From contig SNRW01000024.1 in assembly GCA_008636045.1 (NCBI GenBank), positions 1 to 40,180 on the forward strand: a stretch of DNA of 40,180 nucleotides. The letters are read 5' to 3'. Positions 40,065 to 40,180 of the stretch are shown here, piece by piece. Position 1 is the stretch's first letter; each line of letters begins with the position of its first letter. This DNA comes from Streblomastix strix (lineage: Eukaryota). The translations under genes and the position numbers were made by a program. A model generated the notes under the pieces. That model worked only from the letters and a program-made list of their open reading frames with translations, did no database searches and had not been told where the DNA came from.

Positions 40065-40180
<116 letters not shown>

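Overview
AT-rich, intron-rich eukaryotic DNA in which TAA/TAG read as Gln and TGA is the only stop (translation table 6). The supplied ORF track therefore fragments or misreads most genes. The code, intron style and kinase family suggest an oxymonad such as Streblomastix (inference). The whole window is one giant palindrome: 1..19858 is the reverse complement of 20323..40180, around a unique 464-bp spacer (19859..20322). Each arm holds, from the outer end: the 3' part of an LPCAT-type acyltransferase, two tandem START-domain genes, NAA50, an LCAT/PLA2G15-type lipase, a pseudokinase+kinase gene, an RRM gene and a decayed DIRS-type tyrosine-recombinase retrotransposon. In that element gag-RT-RNaseH-MTase lie in one frame, the YR ORF overlaps almost all of pol, and an 813-bp fold-back MITE interrupts both. 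The palindrome turns at the DIRS 3' end. Both 10-N gaps are flanked by exact 127-bp duplications and the ends stop in an intronic (TTTA)n, so the second arm is probably an assembly or amplification fold-back. The DIRS terminal structure may be what triggered it.
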